Shown: piece after piece, positions 1 to 9,003 of the stretch
Layout: each line of letters begins with the position of its first letter
Numbering within the stretch: position 1 is the stretch's first letter
Assembly: GCA_003166335.1 (NCBI GenBank)
Contig: PMWA01000045.1
Coordinates: forward strand, 10,835 to 21,568
Direction of reading: 5' to 3'
DNA from: Methanobacterium sp.
GTDB lineage: Archaea; Methanobacteriota; Methanobacteria; Methanobacteriales; Methanobacteriaceae
DNA: 10,734 nt
The notes under the pieces: generated by a model
Seen by the model: the letters and a program-made list of their open reading frames with translations, nothing else
Told to the model about the DNA's origin: nothing
Database searches by the model: none
Position numbers and translations under genes: made by a program

Positions 1-179
1 GTTTTCTTCATAACTTCAATAGCATCATTTTGGAAACCTGTTCTAAGAAGGAAGGAACCACAGCATTCCTCGTTTTCAAGGATATCATAATCAACCCCAA
101 TATTATCTAGAATTTTCTTTGTAGCAAATTCGATATTATAAAGTTTTTTCCTGACTACACATCCCCTAAAATATATCAT
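1..179 (-). CDS. CCG-domain (HdrB/GlpC-like, cysteine-rich) Fe-S-binding protein, N-terminal part; runs off the left edge
   Basis: Manual translation of the minus strand from ATG at 179 gives MIYFRGCVVRKKLYNIEFATKKILDNIGVDYDILENEECCGSFLLRTGFQNDAIEVMKK with no stop. The YFxGC-x31-CCG pattern is the CCG-domain signature. A GGTGA SD motif lies on the minus strand at 184-188. Not in the ORF track. Confidence 0.88.
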   Translation of the reverse strand, partial: MIYFRGCVVRKKLYNIEFATKKILDNIGVDYDILENEECCGSFLLRTGFQNDAIEVMKK

Positions 180-469
180 TCATTCACCAATTGAGTTTTA
201 ATAAAAATTTTAATAAAAAAATAATTCTTCTATTATAATCAAAAAATTAATTAATAAAAATATCTTTATAATTATAATTTAATACTTTATAATGTTCTGA
301 TTATATAATTTATATTTATTTTTAATGTATAATATTTATGAGAATTAGCAACTATAAGAAAAAATTTTTTTATATTATGAGAATTATTTAAGCAAAATCA
401 AATTTATTAAAGAATTATTATTTCAAAAATGATTAAAAATATTTAACTAGAATTTGAATGGGATGTTTC
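180..469. promoter_or_regulatory. Divergent promoter region between the CCG gene and the glycan cluster
   Basis: Extremely AT-rich ~290-bp gap between head-to-head genes, with several TATA-like boxes (for example TTTATAAT near 265 and 287, TTTATATT near 309 and 369). Exact promoters cannot be assigned. Confidence 0.5.
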
Positions 470-1465
470 ATGGCTACTATCGATATTATAGTTGGAGTTA
501 AAAATGAAGAGGAATACATTGGAAGATGTATAGAATCTCTTAAGAAACAAACCATTAAAGATATTAATATTCTAGTCATTGATGGTCTTTCAGACGACAG
601 AACTAGAGATATAGTCTGTAATTTAATGGATAAAGATCCTAGAATAAAATTATTGATTAACAAGAAAGAAAAAATTAGCTCTGCACGTAATCTAGGTTTT
701 AATGCATCTAAAGCAGATTTTGTAGCCTATTTAGATGGACATGCAATAGTAGCTGGTAATTGGCTAGAGACGCTTTATTATACGTTTATAGATTACGAAA
801 AAAAATGTAAGTTAGCTGGAATCGGTTCCACCATTACTAATCCTTCTGATGATTCTTCATTTGGAAAAACCGTTGCATATTGTTTAAAAACTTTTTTTGG
901 AGGATTTGGAACGCAATATAGTGAAGAAAAAAATATACATAAGGTAAAAACGGTACCATTCGTACTTTATAAACGATCGTTACTAGTGAAGGAAGGAATC
1001 ATTTATAATGAAAAAATGACTCAGTGTGAAGACACTGACTTCAATAATCAGATTATAAAAAAAGGTTATGTTCTTTTAAAGCATCCGAAAGCCATAGTTT
1101 ATATGTACAGAAGAAAGAATCTCAAACAATTTTTCAGACAGATGATTAAATACGGTGAAGGTAGATCAAAATTAGCTATTAAATATAAAGAAACATTAAA
1201 TCTACATCATTTAATACCAGTTTTAACTGTTTTCTACCTTTTATTTACAATATTTAGTTTAATAATATTTACATTTAACATTATCAGCATTTACGCATTA
1301 ATTATAATTTTAATACCAATTATAATCTATATTATAACTGATTTAACTTATACCATTATTATTATGATGAAATATCAAAGTTTAAAACATATTCACGCTT
1401 TTTTAATATTTCCAGCTGAACATTTAGGTTATGGAATTGGTTTTTTGAAAGGATTAATGGATTAA
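470..1465 (+). CDS. Family 2 glycosyltransferase (ExoA-like) with C-terminal transmembrane helices
   Basis: GT-A motifs: [33 protein letters not shown] (DxD position), EDTDF and [12 protein letters not shown], then a hydrophobic C-terminus. ATG 470 is preferred over 458 because GGGATG just upstream is SD-like and the domain begins at MATIDII. Confidence 0.92.
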   Translation: MATIDIIVGVKNEEEYIGRCIESLKKQTIKDINILVIDGLSDDRTRDIVCNLMDKDPRIKLLINKKEKISSARNLGFNASKADFVAYLDGHAIVAGNWLETLYYTFIDYEKKCKLAGIGSTITNPSDDSSFGKTVAYCLKTFFGGFGTQYSEEKNIHKVKTVPFVLYKRSLLVKEGIIYNEKMTQCEDTDFNNQIIKKGYVLLKHPKAIVYMYRRKNLKQFFRQMIKYGEGRSKLAIKYKETLNLHHLIPVLTVFYLLFTIFSLIIFTFNIISIYALIIILIPIIIYIITDLTYTIIIMMKYQSLKHIHAFLIFPAEHLGYGIGFLKGLMD

Positions 1466-1517
1466 ATTAAATAAATTAATATTTAATTTATAAAAAAAAA
1501 TTTTGGATATTTTTATA

Positions 1518-2741
1518 ATGAAAATTTTAATTCTCGTAGATTCATTAAAAATTGGCGGTGGATCTGACAGAGTAGCTGCAATCCTAGGTAGTGCACTTTA
1601 CGATGAAGGTTATAATATATCCTATTTAACATTAATGGATGGAAACCCTAAATACAATTTTAAAGGTGATTACTACACTCTCAATGAAACTGATATTTAT
1701 GATGAAAATAATTTAAAAAGATTATTTAATTTATTAAGATACTCCCCTAAAATAAAACGAATTTGTAAGGATTTAAATATTGATACTATAATCTCAGTTG
1801 GAGATCCATCTAATTTTCAAGCAGTATTAAGCCGGTGGTTATTCAAAAACAGAGTTCATTTAATTATAACCCAACACATGAGTCCTGAAATACATTTAGA
1901 TAGTAAAATAAAAGTTAAATTAATAAAATTCTTTTATCCAAGGGCAGATGAAACAGTTTGCGTCTCCAAGGATATGGAAAGAATACTTATTGAAAGTTAC
2001 GGTATCCAAAATACTCAGACCATCTATAATATGATGGATATTGAGAAAAACATCAAATTATCCATGGAGGAATTACCTGAGAAGTATAAAATATTATTTA
2101 ATGAAGACTACTTTAACTTCATAAATGTGGGAAGATTAAACAGGCAGAAGGGGCAATGGTTTTTAATTCGAAGCTTCCGAAAAGTAGTGAATCAACATGA
2201 AAATGCAAGATTATTCATCCTCGGTGACGGTACCCTAAAAAACGAATTAAAAGATTTAATAAACGAGCTTAACTTAAAAGAAAATGTTTTTCTCCTCGGT
2301 GTTCAAGAAAACGTGTTTCCCTTCCTTAAAAATAGTGATTGCTTTATTTTCAGTTCATTATGGGAAGGATTACCCATGACATTAATTGAAGCCTTATCAA
2401 TGAATCTACCCATTATATCAACGGATTGTAAAACAGGTCCACGAGAAATTTTATGTCCAGAATTAGATTTAAAAAAAGAGATTAATTACCCTTATTTTGG
2501 AAAATATGCCATTTTAACTCGCACGTTTCCTAATGAATTAATTTTCAATAATATGAATAAAATTCCCCTTAATGAATCAGAGGAAATACTAGCTGATTTA
2601 ATGATAAGAATGATTGAAGACTCTGATTTAAATAAAAATTATTCTAATGGTCGAGTTATAGCTAAAAGCTTTGATAAAGATAATATAATAAACATTTGGA
2701 ATAAATTATTAAAAAAAATAAAAGTAAAAAATATTCATTAA
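1518..2741 (+). CDS. Family 4 glycosyltransferase (WabH/PglJ-like), paralog 1
   Basis: GT-B motifs: GGGSDR, NVGRLNRQKG, ILGDG, EX7E (EGLPMTLIE), STDCKTGPREIL. ATG 1518 (MKILIL) is preferred over TTG 1503. Confidence 0.93.
   Translation: MKILILVDSLKIGGGSDRVAAILGSALYDEGYNISYLTLMDGNPKYNFKGDYYTLNETDIYDENNLKRLFNLLRYSPKIKRICKDLNIDTIISVGDPSNFQAVLSRWLFKNRVHLIITQHMSPEIHLDSKIKVKLIKFFYPRADETVCVSKDMERILIESYGIQNTQTIYNMMDIEKNIKLSMEELPEKYKILFNEDYFNFINVGRLNRQKGQWFLIRSFRKVVNQHENARLFILGDGTLKNELKDLINELNLKENVFLLGVQENVFPFLKNSDCFIFSSLWEGLPMTLIEALSMNLPIISTDCKTGPREILCPELDLKKEINYPYFGKYAILTRTFPNELIFNNMNKIPLNESEEILADLMIRMIEDSDLNKNYSNGRVIAKSFDKDNIINIWNKLLKKIKVKNIH
2127..2377 (+). repeat. Near-identical direct repeat, copy 1 (copy 2 at 3400-3650)
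   Basis: Manual ungapped alignment at offset 1273: 5 mismatches in 251 bp (positions 2207, 2279, 2285, 2337, 2348). Confidence 0.92.
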
Positions 2742-2784
2742 AATACAATCATATTAATAAAAAAAAATTTTGGTTATTATTTTT

Positions 2785-3993
2785 ATGAAAAAAAGAATTT
2801 TAATTCTAGTAGAATCATTAAAAGTAGGTGGAGGCTCTGAAAGGGTCGGTGCCACACTAGGCACTAAACTTCACGATAAAGATTACGAGGTTTCATATTT
2901 AACTTTAATGGATGAAAATCCTAAATTCAAGTTTAAAGGTGATTATTACACATTAAACGAAGATGATATCTACAAAGGAAATAATTTAAAAAGAGGATTT
3001 AACCTTTTAAAATATTCATATAAGATAAAAAGAATTTGTAAGGATTTAAATATAAATACAATAATCTCAGTGGGAGAAGTAGCTAATTTCTACGCAGTTT
3101 TAAGTCGATGGCTTTTCAAAAACAAGGTCCATATAATTATATCTCAACACATGAGTCCAGAAATATTTCTAGATGATAAAGTAAAGTATCAATCAATAAA
3201 ATTCTTTTATCCACGGGCAGATGAAATAGTATGCGTCTCCAAAGATACTGAAAGAATACTCAATGAAACTTACGGTATACAAAACACCCAAACAATCTAT
3301 AATATGATGAACTTAACGGAGAATATCAGACAATCCAAAGAAGAATTACCAGAGGAATATAAAGAATTATTCACAGGAAACTATTTTAACTTCATTAACG
3401 TGGGAAGATTAAACAGGCAGAAGGGGCAATGGTTTTTAATTCGAAGCTTCCGAAAAGTAGTGAATCAACATGAAAATGCGAGATTATTCATCCTCGGTGA
3501 CGGTACCCTAAAAAACGAATTAAAAGATTTAATAAACGAGCTTAACTTAAATGAAAAGGTTTTTCTCCTCGGTGTTCAAGAAAACGTGTTTCCCTTCCTT
3601 AAAAATAGTAATTGCTTTATATTCAGTTCATTATGGGAAGGATTACCCATAGTTTTAATCGAAGCCCTATCAATGAATCTACCAATCATATCAACAGATT
3701 GTAAAACCGGTCCAAGAGAAATTTTATGTCCAGAATTAGATTTAAATAATGAAATAATTTATCCATATTACTGTAAATATGGAATCTTAAATCAACCATT
3801 CAATGATAAACTATTATTCAGAAATTTAGATGAAGTAACCTTAAATAAATCTGAAAATATCCTGTCAGATCTAATGGTTAAAATTATTGAAGATCCAGTT
3901 TTAAGAAAAAAATATTCAAATGGACAAAGAATGTCAGAAAAATTCGATGAAGAGGAAATAATGAAAGATTGGGAGAAACTATTAAAGAATTAG
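2785..3993 (+). CDS. Family 4 glycosyltransferase (WabH/PglJ-like), paralog 2
   Basis: Same motifs (GGGSER, NVGRLNRQKG, EGLPIVLIE, STDCKTGPREIL) and colinear with paralog 1 over its full length. ATG 2785 is preferred over TTG 2770. Confidence 0.93.
   Translation: MKKRILILVESLKVGGGSERVGATLGTKLHDKDYEVSYLTLMDENPKFKFKGDYYTLNEDDIYKGNNLKRGFNLLKYSYKIKRICKDLNINTIISVGEVANFYAVLSRWLFKNKVHIIISQHMSPEIFLDDKVKYQSIKFFYPRADEIVCVSKDTERILNETYGIQNTQTIYNMMNLTENIRQSKEELPEEYKELFTGNYFNFINVGRLNRQKGQWFLIRSFRKVVNQHENARLFILGDGTLKNELKDLINELNLNEKVFLLGVQENVFPFLKNSNCFIFSSLWEGLPIVLIEALSMNLPIISTDCKTGPREILCPELDLNNEIIYPYYCKYGILNQPFNDKLLFRNLDEVTLNKSENILSDLMVKIIEDPVLRKKYSNGQRMSEKFDEEEIMKDWEKLLKN
3400..3650 (+). repeat. Near-identical direct repeat, copy 2 (copy 1 at 2127-2377)
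   Basis: Same alignment. Encodes VGRLNRQKGQW...SSLWEGLP in both paralogs. Confidence 0.92.
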
Positions 3994-4482
3994 CATTTTA
4001 ATAGTTTTATTTTTAAATAATTAACGATTCAAATTTTCACGAAGAATTATAATTTTTTAATTAATTTTAGATTTTTATTCAAAGATTAATGAGTATATTG
4101 GTTTTTTTGCAATTTATTGAATATGGCTATTATATTATATTTTTATTATGAAGATAAAATTGTTAGAAAATAAAAAATTATATTCCTGAATGATCATATT
4201 TATCTATTCTAACATGTTAATTGATTATTTTTATGTGAATAAAATAAAAATTAGTTAAAATTCATTTATAATAAATAATTATTATTTTTCAGGAATTATT
4301 CACTTCTATTTTTCAAGATAATCAAAAAAATTGAGTATCGATAAGTAAACATGCTAATTATTAGCTAGAAAACATAAAAATTATTAAACTATCAAGCTAA
4401 AATCTATAAAACATCACAATGATTGATTTAATTTTTTTGAACATAAATGTATACAATTTAATAAAATTTAATTTGATTCAAA

Positions 4483-5925
4483 ATGAATGCTACTCAAAGA
4501 ATAATGAAAAATACAGCTGTATTATCAGTTTCTCAAATAATAAGCTTTATTTTCATATTTTTTTACACAATCTACATTGCTCGTTATTTGGGAGCAGATG
4601 GCTTTGGTATTTTATCGTTTGCAATTGCAATTTCAGGAATTTTTTCAATTCTTTTCGACTTAGGCTTAAGCACATTAACCGTTAGAGAAGTAGCCAGAGA
4701 TAAATCTTTAGCTCAGAAATTTCTTGGAAATGCAATAATAATTAAAATTATATTAGCAATAGTTTCATTTGGTTTAATTATATTAATCATAAATTTACTC
4801 CATTATCCTCAAGCGACAGTTACAGTAGTTTATTTTGTTGCATTGTCAACTATTATAAACTCATTTTATTCCCTTTTTTATTCTATTTTTCAAGCTTACG
4901 AAAAAATGGAATTCCAATCTATAGGGCAAATTTTAAATAGCATTTTAATGTTTTCAGGTGTATTTTTAGCAATAAAAATTGGATTGAGTGTTGTTGGATT
5001 CTCATCTATATATTTTCTTTCAAGTTTAATTATATTAATATATGTTCTAATTTTATATATATGGAAATTTTCTTTACCTGTCATTGAAATTGATACTATT
5101 TTTTGGAAAAAAATTTTAAAAGAAGCTCTACCATTTGGTTTAGCAGGAATATTCGTAACGATTTATTATTGGATTGATTCAGTAATGCTCTCAATAATGG
5201 TGGGAAATGAAGTTGTAGGTTGGTACAATGCAGCATATCGATTTATTTATATTTTTCTTTCATTCCACAGTATTTTCATAATTTCTATTTTCCCAGTGCT
5301 TTCCAGTTTTTATAAGACATCTAAGGGATCTATAAAATTTGCGTATGAGAGATCATTTAAATATATGTTGATTTTAACAGTCCCAATTGCGGTATTTGTA
5401 ACAGTATTATCAAGTAAAATTATTTTACTTATTTATGGTCCTAGTTATATTCCATCCGTAATTGCACTTCAAATCTTAATTTGGACCATAGTTTTTATGT
5501 TTGTGAATGGGCTTTCAAGCAATTTTTTAGGTTCCCATAATAAACAACCTATTGCAACTAAAATTACCGCTATCGGTGCAGTTACAAATATTATACTTAA
5601 TATTTTATTAATTCCAAAATTTAGTTATGTTGGTTCAAGTTTTGCTACAGTAATTACGGAATTAATAATGACACCGATTTTAATTTATATAGTATGGAAA
5701 AATCAATACACTAATTTAATTCCATTAATAAAAGATTTACCTAAAATTATTTTTTCAAGTTTAATTATGTTAATTTATATTATATATTTCAATGATCTAA
5801 ATTTATTTATATTAATTTTAACAGCTTCAATTATATATTTAGGACTTATATTTATCACAAGGACATTAGATGAAGAAGATATTTTAATTTTGAAAAATAT
5901 AATGAAATTATCGAAAAACTATTAA
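4483..5925 (+). CDS. Oligosaccharide flippase, Wzx/RfbX-like (MOP superfamily)
   Basis: 480 aa, highly hydrophobic with many TM segments. Family motifs: [58 protein letters not shown]. Confidence 0.93.
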   Translation: MNATQRIMKNTAVLSVSQIISFIFIFFYTIYIARYLGADGFGILSFAIAISGIFSILFDLGLSTLTVREVARDKSLAQKFLGNAIIIKIILAIVSFGLIILIINLLHYPQATVTVVYFVALSTIINSFYSLFYSIFQAYEKMEFQSIGQILNSILMFSGVFLAIKIGLSVVGFSSIYFLSSLIILIYVLILYIWKFSLPVIEIDTIFWKKILKEALPFGLAGIFVTIYYWIDSVMLSIMVGNEVVGWYNAAYRFIYIFLSFHSIFIISIFPVLSSFYKTSKGSIKFAYERSFKYMLILTVPIAVFVTVLSSKIILLIYGPSYIPSVIALQILIWTIVFMFVNGLSSNFLGSHNKQPIATKITAIGAVTNIILNILLIPKFSYVGSSFATVITELIMTPILIYIVWKNQYTNLIPLIKDLPKIIFSSLIMLIYIIYFNDLNLFILILTASIIYLGLIFITRTLDEEDILILKNIMKLSKNY

Positions 5926-5973
5926 ATATTATTGAATTTTTTTTATAAATATTAGATTTTAAACAATATGGTA

Positions 5974-6027
5974 ACGAGTGAAAAAAACATGAGATTAGGT
6001 ATGATTTCATGGATAATAGACTGTCAG
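5974..6027 (+). pseudogene. 5' remnant (leader plus first 13 codons) of a GT4 paralog of the 6386 gene
   Basis: Ungapped match of 41/54 nt to 6371-6424 with the ATGs aligned (5989 and 6386). Peptides: MRLGMISWIIDCQ versus [13 protein letters not shown]. Similarity stops abruptly afterwards. Confidence 0.75.
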
Positions 6028-6385
6028 ATAATTATTAATTGTTGTTATTTTTTGATTATAATAATAATTCTTATTCAGTTCGCTCATATAATAAAATTAA
6101 TTAGATTTTAATGATATTATTATCAATTACATAAATTTTTTAATGCATTTAGCTAAATGAAATAAATATTTTTTTTTTAAATTTTAAAAAAATAATATGA
6201 AAAAAAAATTTAATAATTCCTAATAATATGCAATCAATATTATTTGTTAAGTTTTCATTCTGTTAGATCTTACAAATATACGTCAATAAGACTGTATATT
6301 AAATCAGAGGTAATAAATATGTCAACTATTTATAAGAACGCTTCAAGAAGTTAAAATAAAAATAAAACATACGAGACTAAAAAAC

Positions 6386-7504
6386 ATGAGAATAGGATTA
6401 TTATCACGGATATTAGACAGACAGAGGACCGGAATAGATAATTATCTTTATAACATCACACAAGAGATGATTAAAGCGGGTAATGCTGAAAAAATATCTT
6501 TAATACATTTCAAAAGATCTGACGATGAAATTTACACTAAGGTTAATGATGTAATTATAAGTTCATTACCATTTCAATTAATAAATCCAATTAATTGGTC
6601 CAAAGCTATTAAGGAAAATAGGATAGATGTTATTCATTTGCCTTCACACATGATGCCTCAAATTGGCCCGTTTTTCCTTAATTCAAACGTTAAAAAGGTT
6701 TTAACTATTCATGATCTTATTCCGATATTATTCAAAAAAAACATGCCTTTTTTTTATAAACTCTGGGGACCTACACTGAAATTTATAAAAGATAAGCCAG
6801 ATTATATAATCACTGATTCTGAAAACACTAAAAATGATTGTATAAATCATTTAGGGATTCCTGAAGATAAAATTAAAGTTATCCCTCTTGCTGCAGATGA
6901 ACGTTTCAAATTAATAAATAATAAAAGTATCATAAAAGAAGAATTAAAAATTAAATATAATATAAGCACTCCTTTTATCTTATATGTGGGAACTGTAGAA
7001 TTAAGAAAGAATATTCCAATATTAATTAAGTCATTCTATAAACTATTAAATAAAGGACTTAAACTTAATCTGGTTCTGATAGGTGGTCACGGATATGGAT
7101 TCAATGAAATATTAAATATTATTAAAAAATTGGGTATATCAAATTATATATTGCTTTTAGGATATGTGCCATTTGCTGATTTAATCAAATTTTATAATAG
7201 TGCTGATCTTTTTGTTTTTCCATCACTTTATGAAGGATTTGGATTACCTCCTTTAGAAGCTATGGCGTGCGGTTGTCCAGTCATTACTTCAAATACTTCT
7301 TCTTTACCGGAAGTTGTAGGTGACGCGGGAATCATGGTAGATCCAAATGATTTTAAAAATTTAACTGATAAAATGTATCAAGTTTTGACAAATGAAAGTT
7401 TAAGAATGGATTTAAATAAAAAAAGCTTGAATCAAGCTAAAAAGTTTAGTTGGGAAAAAACTTCTAAAGAAACTTGGAAAATCTATAAAAAAGTTTTAGA
7501 ATAA
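6386..7504 (+). CDS. Family 4 glycosyltransferase (MtfB/WbpY-like mannosyl/rhamnosyltransferase group)
   Basis: [72 protein letters not shown]. Confidence 0.93.
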   Translation: MRIGLLSRILDRQRTGIDNYLYNITQEMIKAGNAEKISLIHFKRSDDEIYTKVNDVIISSLPFQLINPINWSKAIKENRIDVIHLPSHMMPQIGPFFLNSNVKKVLTIHDLIPILFKKNMPFFYKLWGPTLKFIKDKPDYIITDSENTKNDCINHLGIPEDKIKVIPLAADERFKLINNKSIIKEELKIKYNISTPFILYVGTVELRKNIPILIKSFYKLLNKGLKLNLVLIGGHGYGFNEILNIIKKLGISNYILLLGYVPFADLIKFYNSADLFVFPSLYEGFGLPPLEAMACGCPVITSNTSSLPEVVGDAGIMVDPNDFKNLTDKMYQVLTNESLRMDLNKKSLNQAKKFSWEKTSKETWKIYKKVLE

Positions 7505-7556
7505 AAATAATTAAAATTTTTAAATTAAAATTTAAGTGAACAAATAGGTGAATGTA

Positions 7557-8918
7557 ATGGAATCAAATAAAAAAATATTATTTTTTAATGCAAAAAGGGA
7601 AAAATGTGACAGTGATTCTCCTCATTTAGGCCTTGCAACTTTAGCTGCTGTTTTAAAAGAAAGTGGATATGAAGTTTTAGTAGTGGATTATCAATTCAAA
7701 CCTGATGCACCTTATCCTGAGAGTTTTATTGAAGATTTTGATCCAGATGTTGTAGGTATAACTTTATATACGGCCACTATGAAAGAGGCAGAGAGAATAA
7801 TAGAACAAATATCCAAATTTAATAAACCCATAATTGTTGGTGGTCCACATGCAACATTGTATTATAATGAACTAATTGATAAAGCTAATTATATCATAAT
7901 TGGTGAAGCTGAAAACATAATTGTGGATACTGTCAAAAATGCTAATATTAACTCAAAAGGTCAAATAATCAGATCATTACCTCCAGATCCAAAAAATTTA
8001 CCTTTTCCTGATTTTACATCTTTCTTTGGATTTGAAGATATTTCTATTTATCCTTTACTTACTAGTCGTGGATGTCCATATAATTGCAGTTTTTGTGCAG
8101 TTCGTTTCGTTTCAACTAGGAAATGGAGGCCCAGAAGGGTTGAAGATTGTATAGAAGAGATAATTCAAGCTAAGGAAATTTTAACACGTATTGAATCAGT
8201 TATTATTTATGATGATAATGCAATGTTTAGAAAAAATCATATTAAAGAATTTATTAATTCATATGTATATAACAAGATCAATTTGCCACTTACAATAATA
8301 AACATTCGTGCAGACAGTCTTGATAATGAGATTATTTTACTATTAAAACAAGCTAAATGTCCATCTATTGGTATAGGAGTTGAATCTGGGCATCCTGACG
8401 TTTTTGAAAATATTGATAAAGGTGAAACTTTAGAAGATATAACAAGAGCAGCGGAATTAATAAAAAAATATAAAATATCACTTTCACTTTGTTTTGTAAT
8501 TGGTCTTGAAGGAGATTCTTTAGATAAAACTAAATATTCAATAAATTTTGCAAAAAAATTGAAACCCGATCATATTTACTGGAATATGGTCACTCCTTTT
8601 GAAGGTACGAAAATTAGAGAATGGTATGACAAAAATGGGGAAGTTTTCGATTTAGTTAATCATTCTTCTTGGGTAGACGGTGATTTTATGTGCGAAGAAC
8701 CTTGCGCTGAAACACCAGAATTTACTATTGGGGAACGAAAAAAAGCTTATATGATGGCTATACTGAAAACAAATGACAATAGACTAAGTATAAGATATTT
8801 AAATAGATTAATACCATATATTAAACAATATAATCTCTACAACGAATTTTTTCGATGGATTCCAAATTACTTTTGGAAAAATTTTAAAAACATTTCCAAT
8901 AATAAATTAAAAAATTAG
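7557..8918 (+). CDS. B12-binding-domain radical SAM protein (class B methyltransferase-like)
   Basis: N-terminal cobalamin-binding Rossmann domain (PHLGLATLAA, PDVVGIT, IVGGPHAT, IIGEAE), then SRGCPYNCSFC (CxxxCxxC, codons at 8073, 8085, 8094), YDDN, GVESG, FVIGLEGD, TPFEGT. The track's GTG at 7548 sits inside the SD (GGTGA 7547-7551), so ATG 7557 is the likely start. Confidence 0.92.
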   Translation: MESNKKILFFNAKREKCDSDSPHLGLATLAAVLKESGYEVLVVDYQFKPDAPYPESFIEDFDPDVVGITLYTATMKEAERIIEQISKFNKPIIVGGPHATLYYNELIDKANYIIIGEAENIIVDTVKNANINSKGQIIRSLPPDPKNLPFPDFTSFFGFEDISIYPLLTSRGCPYNCSFCAVRFVSTRKWRPRRVEDCIEEIIQAKEILTRIESVIIYDDNAMFRKNHIKEFINSYVYNKINLPLTIINIRADSLDNEIILLLKQAKCPSIGIGVESGHPDVFENIDKGETLEDITRAAELIKKYKISLSLCFVIGLEGDSLDKTKYSINFAKKLKPDHIYWNMVTPFEGTKIREWYDKNGEVFDLVNHSSWVDGDFMCEEPCAETPEFTIGERKKAYMMAILKTNDNRLSIRYLNRLIPYIKQYNLYNEFFRWIPNYFWKNFKNISNNKLKN

Positions 8919-9003
8919 AATTTATCCCAAAAATTAGTTTAATGGATTATTAAGCCAATTTAACTAATAAAATAATGTATAGTTTGAATTAGAAGGAATG
9001 TAA

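Noticed and set aside
196..219. TTTTAATAAAAA tandem x2
   Set aside because: Low-complexity A/T sequence, expected by chance. No CRISPR-like repeat-spacer structure.
433..663. 76-aa minus-strand ORF
   Set aside because: Antisense shadow of the GT2, with no recognisable motif.
798..898. A8 and T7 runs in the GT2 (also T10 at 6169-6178 and A9 runs in leaders) as phase-variation tracts
   Set aside because: Such runs are common at this AT content, all frames are intact and there are no long G/C tracts.
4182..4296. 9-bp inverted repeat ATTCCTGAA/TTCAGGAAT as possible MITE ends
   Set aside because: Too short, does not extend cleanly, no target-site duplication and no transposase in the window.
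4419..4685. 88-aa plus-strand ORF
   Set aside because: Out-of-frame overlap with the well-supported flippase, with no motif.
4896..5084. 62-aa minus-strand ORF
   Set aside because: Antisense to the flippase, and its composition mirrors the sense codons.
7505..7535. AT-only palindromic stretch after the GT4 as a terminator
   Set aside because: No stable stem, and the short gap favours read-through to the radical SAM gene.
8690..8706. C-terminal CEEPC in the radical SAM protein as a SPASM/twitch auxiliary cluster
   Set aside because: Only two cysteines, and the spacing does not match SPASM/twitch motifs.
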